From NCBI GenBank assembly GCA_032718475.1, contig JAUCBJ010007452.1, positions 32,079-96,078 on the forward strand: a stretch of 64,000 nucleotides of DNA. Direction: 5' to 3'. Positions within the stretch are counted from its first letter, which is position 1. Each line of letters opens with the position of its first letter. The notes below the pieces were generated by a model. That model had not been told where the DNA came from and ran no database searches. It saw only the letters and a program-made list of their open reading frames with translations. The position numbers were made by a program, and so were the translations under genes. This document shows positions 12,302 through 24,723 of this stretch, one piece after another. Source of the stretch: Nemertoderma westbladi (Eukaryota; Animalia; Xenacoelomorpha).

Positions 12302-13924
12302 ATCTGCTATCTGAGTTTATTAATATCGAAATGAGTTTATGTTTAGGCGAGCGGACGTCGCTGCCTACCTCTCTTTGCCCCCGGACAGTGGGATTCTCAG
12401 CGCCGATGTACCGTCGTCGCGGTGTTTACGCCAACATGTAGCAACAGCACGACAACGATAACCGGCACAAGTCACTCCACTGTCCGTCCCAAAGGCTTGA
12501 ATCCACTTTAGGTTCTTTCTATAGGAGAGTTGGGCTACTTTCACAATTGCGACTAGCTACTGTAAACATACTTTAGCAGTAACATTCACCTATAAACGCA
12601 CAAATTCCACACAACTGTCACCAATTGTACACATACAGGCCATTTGTCCGTTAGTCAGTGCCTTCCAGAATGTCACGTTATTACTGTGTATCTTTGGATA
12701 CTAACAGTGTGCTATGTATTCTCTATGCTATGCAATGTGACAAGCTTTCTATTGTTCTTTTAACTTGCTTCTAATTCTAGCGTGGGTGTTGCTATGGTGA
12801 CATTATGGAAAGCTAGCGGTAGAATTAGGGTAATTCTCATGCATACAGATCTGGAATGCTATTTAATAGTAATTCTTTAATTGTCAATATCCTCTTTATA
12901 CATGATTTTATTAATTTTATCGGCTATTGACTATATGTTGGAGATTCTCGCACTCTAATACACTCAATAGGATGAATCTCCGCTCCCATGATCTATTAAT
13001 TAATGGAATTTTGGGTATGTTATAAATTGCACAAAATGACAATTTATGAAATTCATTTAAAATATGAATTTAAATTTATTCCCGTGAATTTTATTATTTG
13101 ATGTTAAAATTGACACAATTTTTATTCCAGAGCACGTCTGGGGACTGAGGATACTGAATTCTATAAAATTTGTCTTTTAAGAGTATCGGTAAGTGCTGCG
13201 ATATCTTAATTGACTAGAAATTTTCAAGGATCTGGATTTTACAGATTTTAATAAATATTAAATTAATATTTAAGATGGGCACCGATTTATTCCAGAACTT
13301 GTCTGGGGACATTAACCACTGATTCTAGAATTTGTCTTTCAAGTATATCGGTGGGTGCCGCGATATCTTAATCGACTAGAATTACAGATGGTCAAAAGGT
13401 TTAACAGATTTATTTGCGTTTTACGCTACTGTTAGAGGGACATCACGCTACTATATGTATTATTTAATATAAGGTAGAAGAGCAATATCGCACGAAGCAA
13501 TGTCAGTGTGAAGAGGCAAGTCGTTTCCAAGGTCTACCCAGAGCTTGGTTTAGCCGAGACACGAGGATCTGAACTTTGCATTCCTAATACTCTGCCTACC
13601 AATAATACTTGAATATAGTAGTGGCTTTATTGTACTTTAATAAGTACGGACATTTCATCTTACTGTAGTCACGTATTTATAATATGATACGGACAGTAAG
13701 GAAAGAGAAAGAATTATTTCTCGCCGTCACACTAAATATATATTATGTGTAATTACGTAATAAACACTAATATATTGCACTAACCTACTAAATAATCTAA
13801 AATAACATTCTACTAAATAAAATTAAATAAAACGATTATAATAAAATTACATAATAATACATACATAAATATAAAATAAAAACAAATATAAAATGATATA
13901 GTCACACGCCCACTCCATATGTTA

Positions 13925-16900
13925 TTACGTTATGGAGTCCCTAGATATTTGTCGGATTAGGGAAGTGGTCGTAGGAAGAGTATCTTGCCTTCCATAGTTT
14001 CCGGACAGTTTTCGGTCTCTTTCCAGTAAACATAAACGACTAGCTGGGCGATTGAGTTGTTGCGTTACTTTCTCCGCTCCCTTGGCCTGTCTAATCTCTG
14101 CCGTGGTAAGATGAGGAGGCCATTCTTCTTCTTCTTTACTTAAGAAGTCGGATCCACCTAACCAGCCTGGAGTATCTATCAGTTCTTGAGGAGTTGCTCC
14201 TCTGGAAGCGATGTCGGCTGGATTAATCGTCCCAAGGCAATGTCTCCATTGATCTACATTGGAGTTAATATCGTCATTATCTGAGGAGTATGGTGTTCCC
14301 TCAGTTGGATCGTCCACATCACTGCTCTCCACTTCCCATTCCTTTACTTGGTATACCTGTTGTTGAGGTAATCTCTCTTTGAGAGTTCTACGGGAAGGGC
14401 CAGTGAAGTACCAACCTACTCTAGTTCTTACCGCATAGGTTTGTAGTGGCTGCGGTTGAGCAGGCCGTTTCTCCAATGTCTCGAGCGCCTCATGCGCGTT
14501 TTGGCCGATGAGTATTTGCACTCCAGGATAATCTGTCTGGAATCGAGGTATCTTAAGCTGTTGGATGCTCTCGTCCTCGTCCCAGTTATAAGGTTCTACT
14601 TGGGTAGTAGCGAAGTTCTTTATAGCCACCATTTTTACTGACCTTATACTTTGTGCTCCTAATTTATCCTGGGGGGTGGACAACGCACCTACATAGTAAT
14701 CTGCCGTTATGGTAGATTTCCAAACATGCATAATTCCGGACATATTCAACTTAGTTTGGAATTTGTGTTGTCCAGCAAAGATATCTTCGGCTAGTTCTTG
14801 ATCGATGAATGTTCCTGTGCTGCCGGAGTCAAGGAGGGCGTTCACTATGTAACTTTTGGTAGGACCGTGAACTCTTACCTGCACTACAGGAAATTCTCTG
14901 ATTCCTACGTTGGAAGTTGGAGCTTTCCAAGATGGTTGTCTGTCAAAGGTAGTTGGGGGGAACTCATTGTCAGTGTCCTTTTTGTAAGTAAGTGCTCGAT
15001 ACACCGCGGTATTGATTAGGTAACAGGATTCGTTGGCGTCGGAGAATTCGTCAGTATAGAATCCTTCCATCTCAGACTCTTGATCAGTGTCATTTACATC
15101 ACTGAATTGGACATGTAATTCGGGCTCACTTACCTGACTCGGGTTGTCTCGTTCGAACTCACTGTGTAACAAGATGTGATGTTTCGCGCCACACTTTGCA
15201 CACTTTACGTCGGAGTAACAGGTTCGCCGTTGGTGTCCTGATCTGAGGCAATTATAGCATAACCGCTTATCCCACAGGACTGCACGTCTGTCTACAAGGG
15301 GTTTCTTTAGAAATTCAGCACACGCACTCAAACGGTGGGGCCCGTCGCACAGCGCACATTTTGGTTTGATGTTACTCACTTTACCTTGGGTAACGTTATG
15401 CACTCTCGTTCTTTCTTCGGGCTTTCTTCCGTGAATTCTCTTAGGAGACGTAGGAGGAGTTGTTGTTACCTGTTCTCTCCTATCGTTGGTTCGAGACTTA
15501 TATTTACTTACGTCTTTATAGGTCTTGTTGTCATAGTAAGATTTTGCTGTGTCTTTCCCGCTGTCCTCTTCTTGAGAAGCTTGGCTTTCGCCGTCGTCAG
15601 TATAACACACTGGTATTATCCTTCTCCTAGAAACGGGTTTCTCACTTACCTTATTTTCCGATGTTTTCTCTCTGGACTGCTTGATGAGTTGTAGTTTTAC
15701 TTCACCATCTAAGAAGGACATGAGATCAGCCATGGTAGGACTTCGTCGTTGTTGTTCATTCAGGTACAACACTTTCTTGTCCCAGCGTGTACATACTCCA
15801 CCCTTTGGTAAAGTAGAGACTACGGCTCCAATAACCATGGAACTCTGATATTCATGCGACTTACCTAACCAGTCCAATTGTCTACAGATCTCCTGAATTT
15901 CATTGGAAAACTCTATAATCCCGCTACTAAGGAAGTGTCGGGGGGCTACTAATTTTGCATACAAATACTTAGCTATGTTATCCTTGTTACCATACCTGAT
16001 GTTTAATGTATCCCAAACTTGTCTTAATCCTTCTGGATGTCCAATAAACTTTAACGCCATTAACTTGGGAGGTCCTTCCAAGCACTTGATGAGGAACCTA
16101 AGTTTCTCTCCGTTAGATAGTACAGAGTTCTGTATGCTATCTTTGTAATATTCATTGAAAGGTAACCATTTCATCTCATCTCCATTGAATTTGACGATCT
16201 CTCCCACTTTGACCGCTTGGCGGGCTTCTGTTCTAGCCATCTGACGCATAAAGCTTTCTTGGGCCATTGTGTTATTTAATATCGAATTATCGGTATATAA
16301 ATTTCTCGGATCATTATCGGGTCTATAGGGAATATCATTAACAACAGGTTTATAATCACCCTTAATAGGGTTTGCTATAGGAGTTTCTACTTCACTAGCA
16401 GTATAGATGCGTGTAGGCTCCACACCTTGCGCATGTAATACTTCAGACCTAACAGGTTGACACAATGTTACTGGGGGTATTGGTATACCCTTTTGTATAT
16501 TGACTAATTTGTCGCGTTCCAGCGCGATACTTTGCTGCACTTCTTGCAATTCTGCCCTACCTTCCCTTACTGTTCCCTTAAGTTGGTAGACAGTCTCCTG
16601 CATCTGTCCGAGCAGGAGATTCATCCCCTGCCGTCCCTCCTCTACCCACTCGACCGCCGAAGCGGGAGTCGCCAACATTGTAGCGGGCTGACGTGGGACG
16701 ACGGGAGACAAATCTTTGATGTCTCTCTCAGCTTCCAGGACAGGGATATTCTCATGGACTGTTCTACCGGGTACAGGCAGTGTAGTACTGTGTAAAGGGA
16801 ATTTAGAGTTAAGCTCTGGAAGTACAGGGGTCTCTAGCACAGGAGTGGCTTTGGGAACGACAGGCCCAATTATTTCAGGCTCATCAACTATTGTAGGGAG

Positions 16901-18018
16901 TCCTTTGACCTGAATAATTTGTTCTGTGGGTTCTGTACTACCTAAGTCTGTGCTAGCTAGTTGTCTTCTAACCGCTGGGGGCAAATCAGGCAATTTGTGA
17001 CGGTGAGATGTTTTTCTACGCCTGCTTAGACGAGATCTATTTCCTCCGCCTTCAGGATCGGTGGTTTCGCTTTCCTCCGATGATGTGTATCCCTGGCGTC
17101 TGGGAGTAGATCTTCTCATCATCTGCATGTGACTAGCAGTTAACTGTTTATTTATGTTGTCTTGCGTCTCTTGAAGATTTTCCAACTCCAGTTGTGTGGT
17201 CTCCTCAGACGCTCTCCGTTCTGCTTCTGCTACTGCCTTTGCCGCCTTTCTTTCTGCTTCTGCTTCTGCCATTGCCGCTGCCTCCTTTCTTTCCGCTTCT
17301 GCTTCTGCGATTGCCGCTGCTTTTCGGTCCTCTATCCGCCTTTTCTTTACTTCTTCTTCCTGGACTCTAGCGAGGCGAAGTTTTTCATCAAATTTAGCTT
17401 GGTTTGCAGCTAACATTTCAGCATCGATTGAGTCCAACACAAGCTTGGTTCCTTCACTATTAGGGGAAAGTCCAGACAGCCGTCTCCTCAACTCTTCGTC
17501 TCCTAGGAATCGCTGATAGTCGGACAGATAAATGTCGATGGCGTCTCTAGTTCGCGGCTTCTCTGCTGCTGTTAATTCGCTTTCCACTTCGCTTTCCACC
17601 TCGCTTTCCACTTGAGAAGAAGTGGCGTCGGTTGATTCTTCATAGGTTGGCCGCTCATCATATCCGCCATCTTCGCTCCGCGTTCGGGCGTCCGCTCAAC
17701 AGTATCCGAACTACTGGAGCTATCGGGCCGCTGAGAACTAGGTTCTTGGCTAGGAGGTTGCTGCTGTTTTATAGCTTCTTCTTGATCCCGCTTGACTTGG
17801 GCCCGAGTACCTATGACAGACCAACGGCGCTTCACTAACTTCGCAAATTGCAAAATCTTTTCTACCAACCTAGGTTCTGACACAACCACTGCAGGGGTTG
17901 CCCTTCTTACAGTATGAGGGGTTTCAGACCTCGGTCTGGGATTCTCTACACTTTGATCTGAGAAACGGGCTGTTGTTTCTAGGAGACTATCTGACAGAGT
18001 TTGCCTTGTGTCAGCCAT
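13925..18018 (-). CDS. Element A Gag-protease polyprotein with fused RNase H C-terminal remnant (frameshift near 17610)
   Basis: Capsid-like KFNGDEMKW..EKLRFL; knuckles CALCDGPHRLSAC, CYNCLRSGHQRRTC, CAKCGAKHH; protease ALLDSGSTG; WRHCLGTINPADIASRG; N-terminal part in ORF 17572-18018. Confidence 0.9.
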
Positions 18019-19389
18019 GTTTGATTGTACAGTTGAATGCCTACTGCTATAAATACAGTTAAAGCAAGTCTAGTAATTCAGTATCACTGTTAGCCTAATA
18101 ATTAATTACCGATACTGCTACTCAGTGTAGCGTGATGTATATATAATATATTAGAATACCGGTATGCTTATAGTATATATATAAGTATTATTACAGGCTA
18201 GATTTGTCCAGAGTACCGGTATATAATTTTAGCACAAATATATATAAATATATAATAGGCCTATTGTGAATACCGGTATACAGCTGACACTTATAGTATA
18301 TATAAGTATAATTATTACAGACTAGAATTAATTACAGAATACCGGTATGATTTCAGCCTAAATTTATAGAATAAATATAATAAGCCTATTGTAAATACCG
18401 GTATGTCAATTATTTTAAAATAATTGAATTTCTGAATGTTAGGGGTTACTTGGTTACTTTACTTACTTTATTACCGTTATTTAAGCAGTAGTCCAACTGA
18501 TATGGAGACCTAGTTGTTGTATGGCAGGCCTACTATTTATAAATCGTTTGAGTTGATGTATAATAGTTATATACCCGTTTAAAATGGGTTTTGTCAATAT
18601 TTGAAATAAATGTTATTATTTCTGGGGGAGTCACTACACAGAAGCTGTGCGCTCTCAGTGAAGTGCTACTTATGGGACACTAAAACAGATAATTCTAATT
18701 TACCTAAGTTACTTAATAGTACAAATTACTTACGATACGGGTGAGATTAATTCTCTAATTAAACACAACAAAAATATTACGTACGAAATTTTAGGGTAAT
18801 TTTACAGGAAGTCTACAAACCAGTCTAACAAAGGGTTAGATTTCTGGTTATTACGACGGACAGGGTACTATGGTATTTGAAATAATAAGTAGTAGTAAAT
18901 ATATTGCACTGTCCAGATAGGAAAATACCACCGCCTGACGACCTATAGCCGTATCGCTATAGGTACTACGTTATGTATCACGGAGTGTTCCTACCTAGAA
19001 GTTAATTACCGCGGACTACTAGATCCAACGTGCCTATTAACCACTTTACAACACAAATATACTGCCTACACACTAATTACTTTCGGAAAGCACTGTACAC
19101 TAAACCCTAAATTAGGTACAAGTACTGGTACAACAAATAATCAGAAGTTAAATATACTTGAACAGTTAAAAGAACCACGGCATCTGCTGGAGTGACCGGA
19201 GCACAAAGTCACCAGTCTTTACCTACGCCAAGCAGCCCGTGTAGTACCGGGGTTAATTTAACTATAACGGTATGTGTAACAAGCACAATTACTGTAGGAA
19301 TAAACTTGGGGACATGAATGTTGCGAATAATCGCATAAACTCTGAATAATAAATATTACACTACCCGTACAGAATACTCAAACAAAATA

Positions 19390-19870
19390 CAAACCAAACG
19401 CTGGCAGACTACCACCAAGCCTAAATAAACTACCGTATGTGCAGATTCCAAAATGGTTAGTTAGTATGCGTTCTAACACGGTAGCACGACTTATTCTTTA
19501 AGAGGGGATTGACCTTACAGCTCTGGCTGCCCCAACTTACTAACTGGCACTTTATCAGACAAACTCTACACACGCAGCAATCTCTTCAGACCTAATAATA
19601 GCTAGACAACAATCCAGCCTACAAAATATCTGAGTAATAACTATTACGGTACCTGAACAGACCACACAAACAAACACAGGCCAAAACGCTGGCAGAATAC
19701 TGTCAAGCCTAAATAAACTACAGTATGTGCAGATTCCAAAATGGTTAGTTAGTATGCGTTCTAACACGGTAGTACGACTTATTCTTTAAGAGGGGATTGA
19801 CCTTACAGCTCTGGCTGCCCCAACTTACTAACTGGCACTTTATCAGACAAACTCTACACACGCCGTAATC
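19390..19870. repeat. ~287-bp direct duplication in the 5' leader of element A
   Basis: aacgctggcag...aactctacacacgc occurs at ~19397-19575 and again at ~19685-19863. Confidence 0.8.
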
Positions 19871-20094
19871 TCTCCAAACCCAACAACAATCCGACAACAG
19901 TCCGGCCTACAGTTATCTGAACAATCTGAGCAGACTTACACGTCTTCAGCTCAATATTAACTTACTAGGAAATAAAACTGACAGAAATAGACCTAAGTAA
20001 AATCCCAATAAAAACCAGGCGTCCCCGATTTAATATCGAGACCTACCGGTATACAATAATCAAAATCGAATAATACTAATGTACTTATACTGGA

Positions 20095-20280
20095 AGTACC
20101 GGTTAGGACAGTTGGGCCTACAGACCTACAGCAGTACCGGTTCAGGCAGTTAGGCCTACGGACCTACAGCAGTACCGGTTCTGGCAGTTGGGCCTACGGA
20201 TCTACAGCAGTACCGATTCAAGCAGTTGGGCCTACGGACCTACAGCAGTACCGGTTCCGGTTTACCGGTCGACCGGTACT
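20095..20280. repeat. 38-bp tandem repeat (4-5 copies) just inside the 5' LTR of element A
   Basis: agtaccggttcaggcagttgggcctacggacctacagc repeated. Confidence 0.85.
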
Positions 20281-20311
20281 TTCAACTTTATTGCTTACTG
20301 CAATAAAGACA

Positions 20312-20322
20312 ATAACTGTTAT
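20312..20322 (-). promoter_or_regulatory. Non-tRNA primer-binding site of A (ATAACAGTTAT), complementary to LTR segment 21058-21068
   Basis: No TGG after the LTR; the 11 nt abutting it are the exact complement of minus-strand ATAACTGTTAT inside the LTR. Confidence 0.65.
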
Positions 20323-21496
20323 TGTACGCGCTTTTGAAGACCTTTAGCAGTTTAACCTGCCAAAATTTATATGTCTTTTGGTTTATAAATAGACTTTAGA
20401 AATTGACAAATATTTAATACCAATAAACACAACATTAGCAGAAGCCAGCATCCATTCACCCGCTGGATATACCCGGGAGACTGGATTCTGAGGGCTTAGA
20501 TTATTATTGCAGTGTAAGCTTACTGTATTATTCGATTGATCGTTAATAAATAATTTCTGACTAATATTATTCACTTTCGGGAAATATTAACAGTTCCTTT
20601 AGGACGTGACCCTCTATCTAGGTAAACAGAGATATGACTTGTACTAAACACAACGGTAAGTCGGTGAGGCTTATGATTCACGTATGAGGCGCATTCTTTA
20701 GGAAATGCTTAGTTATCAGTCACAATCATGCACACTACCGGTAACACACAAGACTGCTCACTAATTTGCCGACCATCAATGAATTTTATCATATATAAAG
20801 AGAACAGCAACTGACTCATGTAGTGCTTATCAAATAGCATTAAATTCACTACAAACCACAATAATATAAGTCGCAATCGCTATATGTAACCCGTCTCTCT
20901 AACCTGTAGTGTATCAAGAAAATTGGGAAATTTGGGTTCTTTATAGATGTTCTCCAGATAATAATATTCAACCATAACATAACAGTAAATAGCAGTATAA
21001 TAATGTATGTTGCAGTGATATAAGACTACTGCTGATTGCACTGATTGTACTGGACCGATAACAGTTATACGCTCTATAATCTAAGCCTACTAATGTTTCT
21101 TCTAAAGTCTGAAACGAATTGACTCTAGAGCCGGTGTTCCTGGCCTAGATAGAAACAACACAACAGTATCAAGAAAAAACAGTAAGACTGAACACTCCTA
21201 GCACGATCGGCCAAATATCTCCACATCGACAGAAAAAATCGCTCTGATTGGCTGTTAAGCTAAACAAAGAACCATGTGTCCAATGGCCGTTTCCATGTCA
21301 GCAACCAGCTGTTAGATGTCGTAATCTGAATCATCAAGGCTACGCTGTGCCAGGGTATTTGACGCATTGCGGGTTTTTTGCCTTACCATGTCCGCCAAAG
21401 CACACATATAGAAGAATGACTTTTATGTCCGTTAAAACACCTATAACGGTACCTTGCGGGCGAGGGGGACTGATTATATCTGCAAAAGCTTTTACA
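20323..21496 (-). repeat. 5' LTR of element A (1174 bp)
   Basis: Direct repeat of 9593-10775 with TG..CA ends, followed by TSD GTATA. Confidence 0.95.
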
Positions 21497-21801
21497 GTAT
21501 AGCTGTATCATCATTATCAATATTTACATACGGCCTAAGGCAAATCGAGCAATTTCGAGAAAAGAACTAGATGATGATGATGAGCTCGATCATGGTTTCG
21601 AATCCTAGGGGCTTTTTAATTGTGATTGGAGATGTCAACCAGCCGAAATTGAACTACTTAGACTCCCTTAATTTAGTGAATATGATTGATGAACCCACTT
21701 TCACTTTCACTCGCTCAGAATCTCAGTTGGATGTCGCTTACGTCACTGCAGCATCCCCTTACAAATGTTTAATAATTGCTCCTATTGGTAACTCAGACCA
21801 T
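21497..21801 (+). pseudogene. LINE fragment 2: C-terminal APE endonuclease (frameshift in the GAT microsatellite)
   Basis: IINIYIRP...LIVIGDVN...PTFTFTR..QLDVAY...IGNSDH; GDxN, LD and SDH APE motifs. Confidence 0.9.
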
Positions 21802-22386
21802 TGTGACGGGATCCGAGAATCCCGGTTTATCCGTTAGCTTTCCTACGCGTCTCCACCGTGCGTGTGTGAAAAGAGTTTTAGTTGTTGACTGATCGGTGTG
21901 TATAAATAAGAAGGTATAATATAACTGAATAGGATATAGCACAGTTGACACAGTTGATTGATGATTAAGTGTACTGGTAAATAGAATGACAATACTGCAG
22001 TACACGGAAACGGAGATGGTGGAAAGAGTCCCGGTACCGCCCTAACTAACTGACTTACTAAAGTGAATGAATATACACAAAGACCGGTAATATATTGCAC
22101 GGTTGGCCACGTTGCATTACTCAGTCGATGCTTGCCCCCCATTGGCTGATAACTCATTTCTCACCCTCCCATTTCCCTGGGTGTGTTTCCCCCTGTCGCT
22201 ATTACTCTCTCCCTCCTGGAGGTGTAACCTCTGACCCCCGCTGTGTGTGTTCCCTTGGGGTTTGTTGCCCCGCTTATTGGGGTGATACAAGGTTGATTGG
22301 TAATCAACCTTGTAGTTCCAATATTGCTTAAACCTCCTGCCCTCCCAACTTTGTGTGGGGTGGTTGGCGGAATTGATACGCTAACA
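21802..22386 (-). repeat. 3' LTR of element B (585 bp); poly-G PPT abuts at 22387-22400
   Basis: tgtgacggg...gctaaca; about 8 substitutions and one 6-nt indel versus the 5' LTR, counted by eye. Confidence 0.95.
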
Positions 22387-23041
22387 CCCCCCCCCCCCCC
22401 ATGCTATCTTCCTGGTGAGAAGATAGCATCCACCTATAGTGCGCTACAATTCCGCTGGATCCCGATCTATTATCGAGTGTGGGGTGGAACTATTTTTTCT
22501 CGGAGCCGGCTTTCCAGACCGCCCCCTATGGGTATGATATCGCTACCCTGTTTACCTGGCGTCCCGTGTCGGGCCGATCGTGCGCTCCTCTCACACGACT
22601 TTTGTTTCCCCAACACTTTCACCACTAACTCTACTCTGTTCTCACCCTGACTCTCCTCTACTTCTCCTCACTTCCGCTCTAACTCTCGGACCTTCCCATC
22701 CCTCACTCAGCCTCTTATTCCTCCCCCCCCCACACTTGAATTGCCTATCTCACTCACTCACTCCCGACGAGTCTCACCCCCCTCCCGTGCCGTCGCACTC
22801 AAGAAGTGTGAAGTCGTCCAGCGTCCCGTTTGTCATAGTCAATCGTCCCCCAGTCCCAGTAGCTAATTGGAGAAAGGTTGAATGACTATAGTACTTTCTT
22901 CAATTATATTTTGCTAAACTAATAATGATTACTACGTACGTACCTACTAATTGCACTTTTCAATTATTTAAATTACTTGAATTTGTACTTAGGAGTTCGC
23001 ACGTCTCGGGTGGTGCCTTCCAGGCATGTTACACCGAAGTC

Positions 23042-23461
23042 TTAGTTCGTTCCACCAGCCTTTGGGAACCACCTCAAGTCTTTCCCTCTGTCGTCCTCCT
23101 CCCTAGGTCGTTTCCTGGTCACTGCCGCTCCTTTGATCTTGTCTGCTTTCTGGCTTCGGACCCTCGCCGCCACCTCCTTACTGATCCCGGTCGTCGACTC
23201 CTTGGGTGCTGGTGTTATTAGCTCCCGGTATCGCTTCATGGGTTGCCCCTCCGAGTGGCCCTGTTGTCTCCCCCTGGTGGCGTCCCATAGGATAATTTTC
23301 ATTGCCCGCGGCACATGCTCCGCCAAGAAATCCCTGAACTCTCCTCTGTTCTGTGGCGTCCACCTGTCCAAATACCTCTGCGTATTTATCACTCCGGCAT
23401 ACGACGCCGCCGTCGCCACTTCCTGGTAGGTAAACGGAAGCCTCCGTTTGATAATCTCCAT
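23042..23461 (-). CDS. Element B accessory ORF, probable frameshifted C-terminal continuation of the exonuclease ORF; function unknown
   Basis: 139-aa open frame overlapping the end of the 444-aa ORF on the same strand. Confidence 0.4.
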   Translation of the reverse strand: MEIIKRRLPFTYQEVATAASYAGVINTQRYLDRWTPQNRGEFRDFLAEHVPRAMKIILWDATRGRQQGHSEGQPMKRYRELITPAPKESTTGISKEVAARVRSQKADKIKGAAVTRKRPREEDDRGKDLRWFPKAGGTN

Positions 23462-24723
23462 GTGGGCCTCCTGATTAATGTTAAAGTGGACCCACTATGT
23501 CCCTTCCCGCCTTGGCTCTCGCCCATAACTTTCCATCCTTCTAGCTCCCCTAGCCTCCTTAACGGCTGATCGCCCTCGGCGCCTGCTGGTATGGGCGTCG
23601 TCTGCAATCCCGACGTCGACTGTTTCGGTGATCCCACCGTCCATCCTAATTCTCGCCCTAGAGACTCCCCCGAACTCCCTGATGAGGTCCAACGAAGTTC
23701 GTCTAAGGCCGCCTGTTCCTCGAAGCCGTAGCTCTGTGCCCTAGCTTCCTCCTCCCTTTCCTCTGCTTCTCTCCTCTCCTGTCTAGCGACTTCTTCCAAT
23801 CGCTTCGCCTCTCGTCTATCCATCTCTAGCTGCTCCCACCTCTGATACGGCGTATCTACCTCCCCGTCTACCAGATGCCGGCTGTTATAGTACACCGACT
23901 CGCCCTTCAGCCCCGGGTGGTCTACCAGACCCTCGAAAGCCGTCTTAAAGGCTCTTCTGTAGCTTAGGGGTGATCCCGATAATAGGAATGCCGTTGGTTC
24001 CCTTTCGATAACCACGGTCATGAATAGGTTAAGCAAACCCATCATTATCCAGTCCTCCCGTAGGATATATCGCTTCTGATATACCTTTATCGCTCCTCTC
24101 CGGAATTGATACACCTCTTGTCTCCCTGGCCTCGCTCCCCACTTCAGCGAGTTCGCCAAGTCCACTCCATACTCCCCTCTGAACTTACTCCAGTCCATCG
24201 GTTTGTGACACACAAGCCCCATTAACTGGCCCATTGCCACCGCCCCGCAATGTCCTGTGTTCTCCACTAGTCCCAACCCGTCTGGTGCTGTCATAGCCAT
24301 ATAGACCGTCTGCATATCCAGAAGGTTGGGGGTGTCCAGACCGATGATTCTCTCCGCGTCGTCGCGAATCGTCGATCCCACTTTCGTCGTCGACTTCTCT
24401 CTCACTAGGGTTTGCACCGCCTTCGGCAACCGGTTCAACTTCGGCCCATCCTTCTTTCCATACGTTCCTAGATCGAATAGGAATATATCCCCATTTGGCG
24501 TGGCCAAATGTAGGAGTATGGTTCTGGCCGACCCCGCCGATCCTCTCTTCGAACCCTCCTCTTCTTCCACGGTTCCTTCGTCATCTAGGATCATGTATCC
24601 TCCCCTGCTGACGGACTCTACGAACCTCTTCCAATCTTTCCTCGGTGGCTCTCTCGTGTACTTCGGAATCCCGAACTTCGCCTCGTCTCCTTTCACCACA
24701 TAGTGGAAATGCTCGAAGATCAC
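23389..24723 (-). CDS. Element B accessory ORF: DEDDy 3'-5' exonuclease (WRN-exo/EXD/RNase D-like) plus coiled coil
   Basis: ExoI MILDDEG, then LLHLATPNGDIFLFDL, LPKAVQTLV...KVG; ExoII IRDDAERI; LLDMQ; W..R; ExoIII QKRYILRED. Upstream ORF 24720-25028 is probably its frameshifted N-terminus. Confidence 0.75.
   Translation of the reverse strand: MIFEHFHYVVKGDEAKFGIPKYTREPPRKDWKRFVESVSRGGYMILDDEGTVEEEEGSKRGSAGSARTILLHLATPNGDIFLFDLGTYGKKDGPKLNRLPKAVQTLVREKSTTKVGSTIRDDAERIIGLDTPNLLDMQTVYMAMTAPDGLGLVENTGHCGAVAMGQLMGLVCHKPMDWSKFRGEYGVDLANSLKWGARPGRQEVYQFRRGAIKVYQKRYILREDWIMMGLLNLFMTVVIEREPTAFLLSGSPLSYRRAFKTAFEGLVDHPGLKGESVYYNSRHLVDGEVDTPYQRWEQLEMDRREAKRLEEVARQERREAEEREEEARAQSYGFEEQAALDELRWTSSGSSGESLGRELGWTVGSPKQSTSGLQTTPIPAGAEGDQPLRRLGELEGWKVMGESQGGKGHSGSTLTLIRRPTWRLSNGGFRLPTRKWRRRRRMPE

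Larger units (their letters stand above)
9593..21496 (-). mobile_element. BEL/Pao LTR retrotransposon A, non-autonomous (gag-PR plus RNase H remnant; no RT or IN), with extra 3' zinc-knuckle ORF
   Basis: Paired TG..CA LTRs; 5-bp TSD GTATA at 9588-9592 and 21497-21501; BEL-type gag with three Cys-His boxes. Confidence 0.95.
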
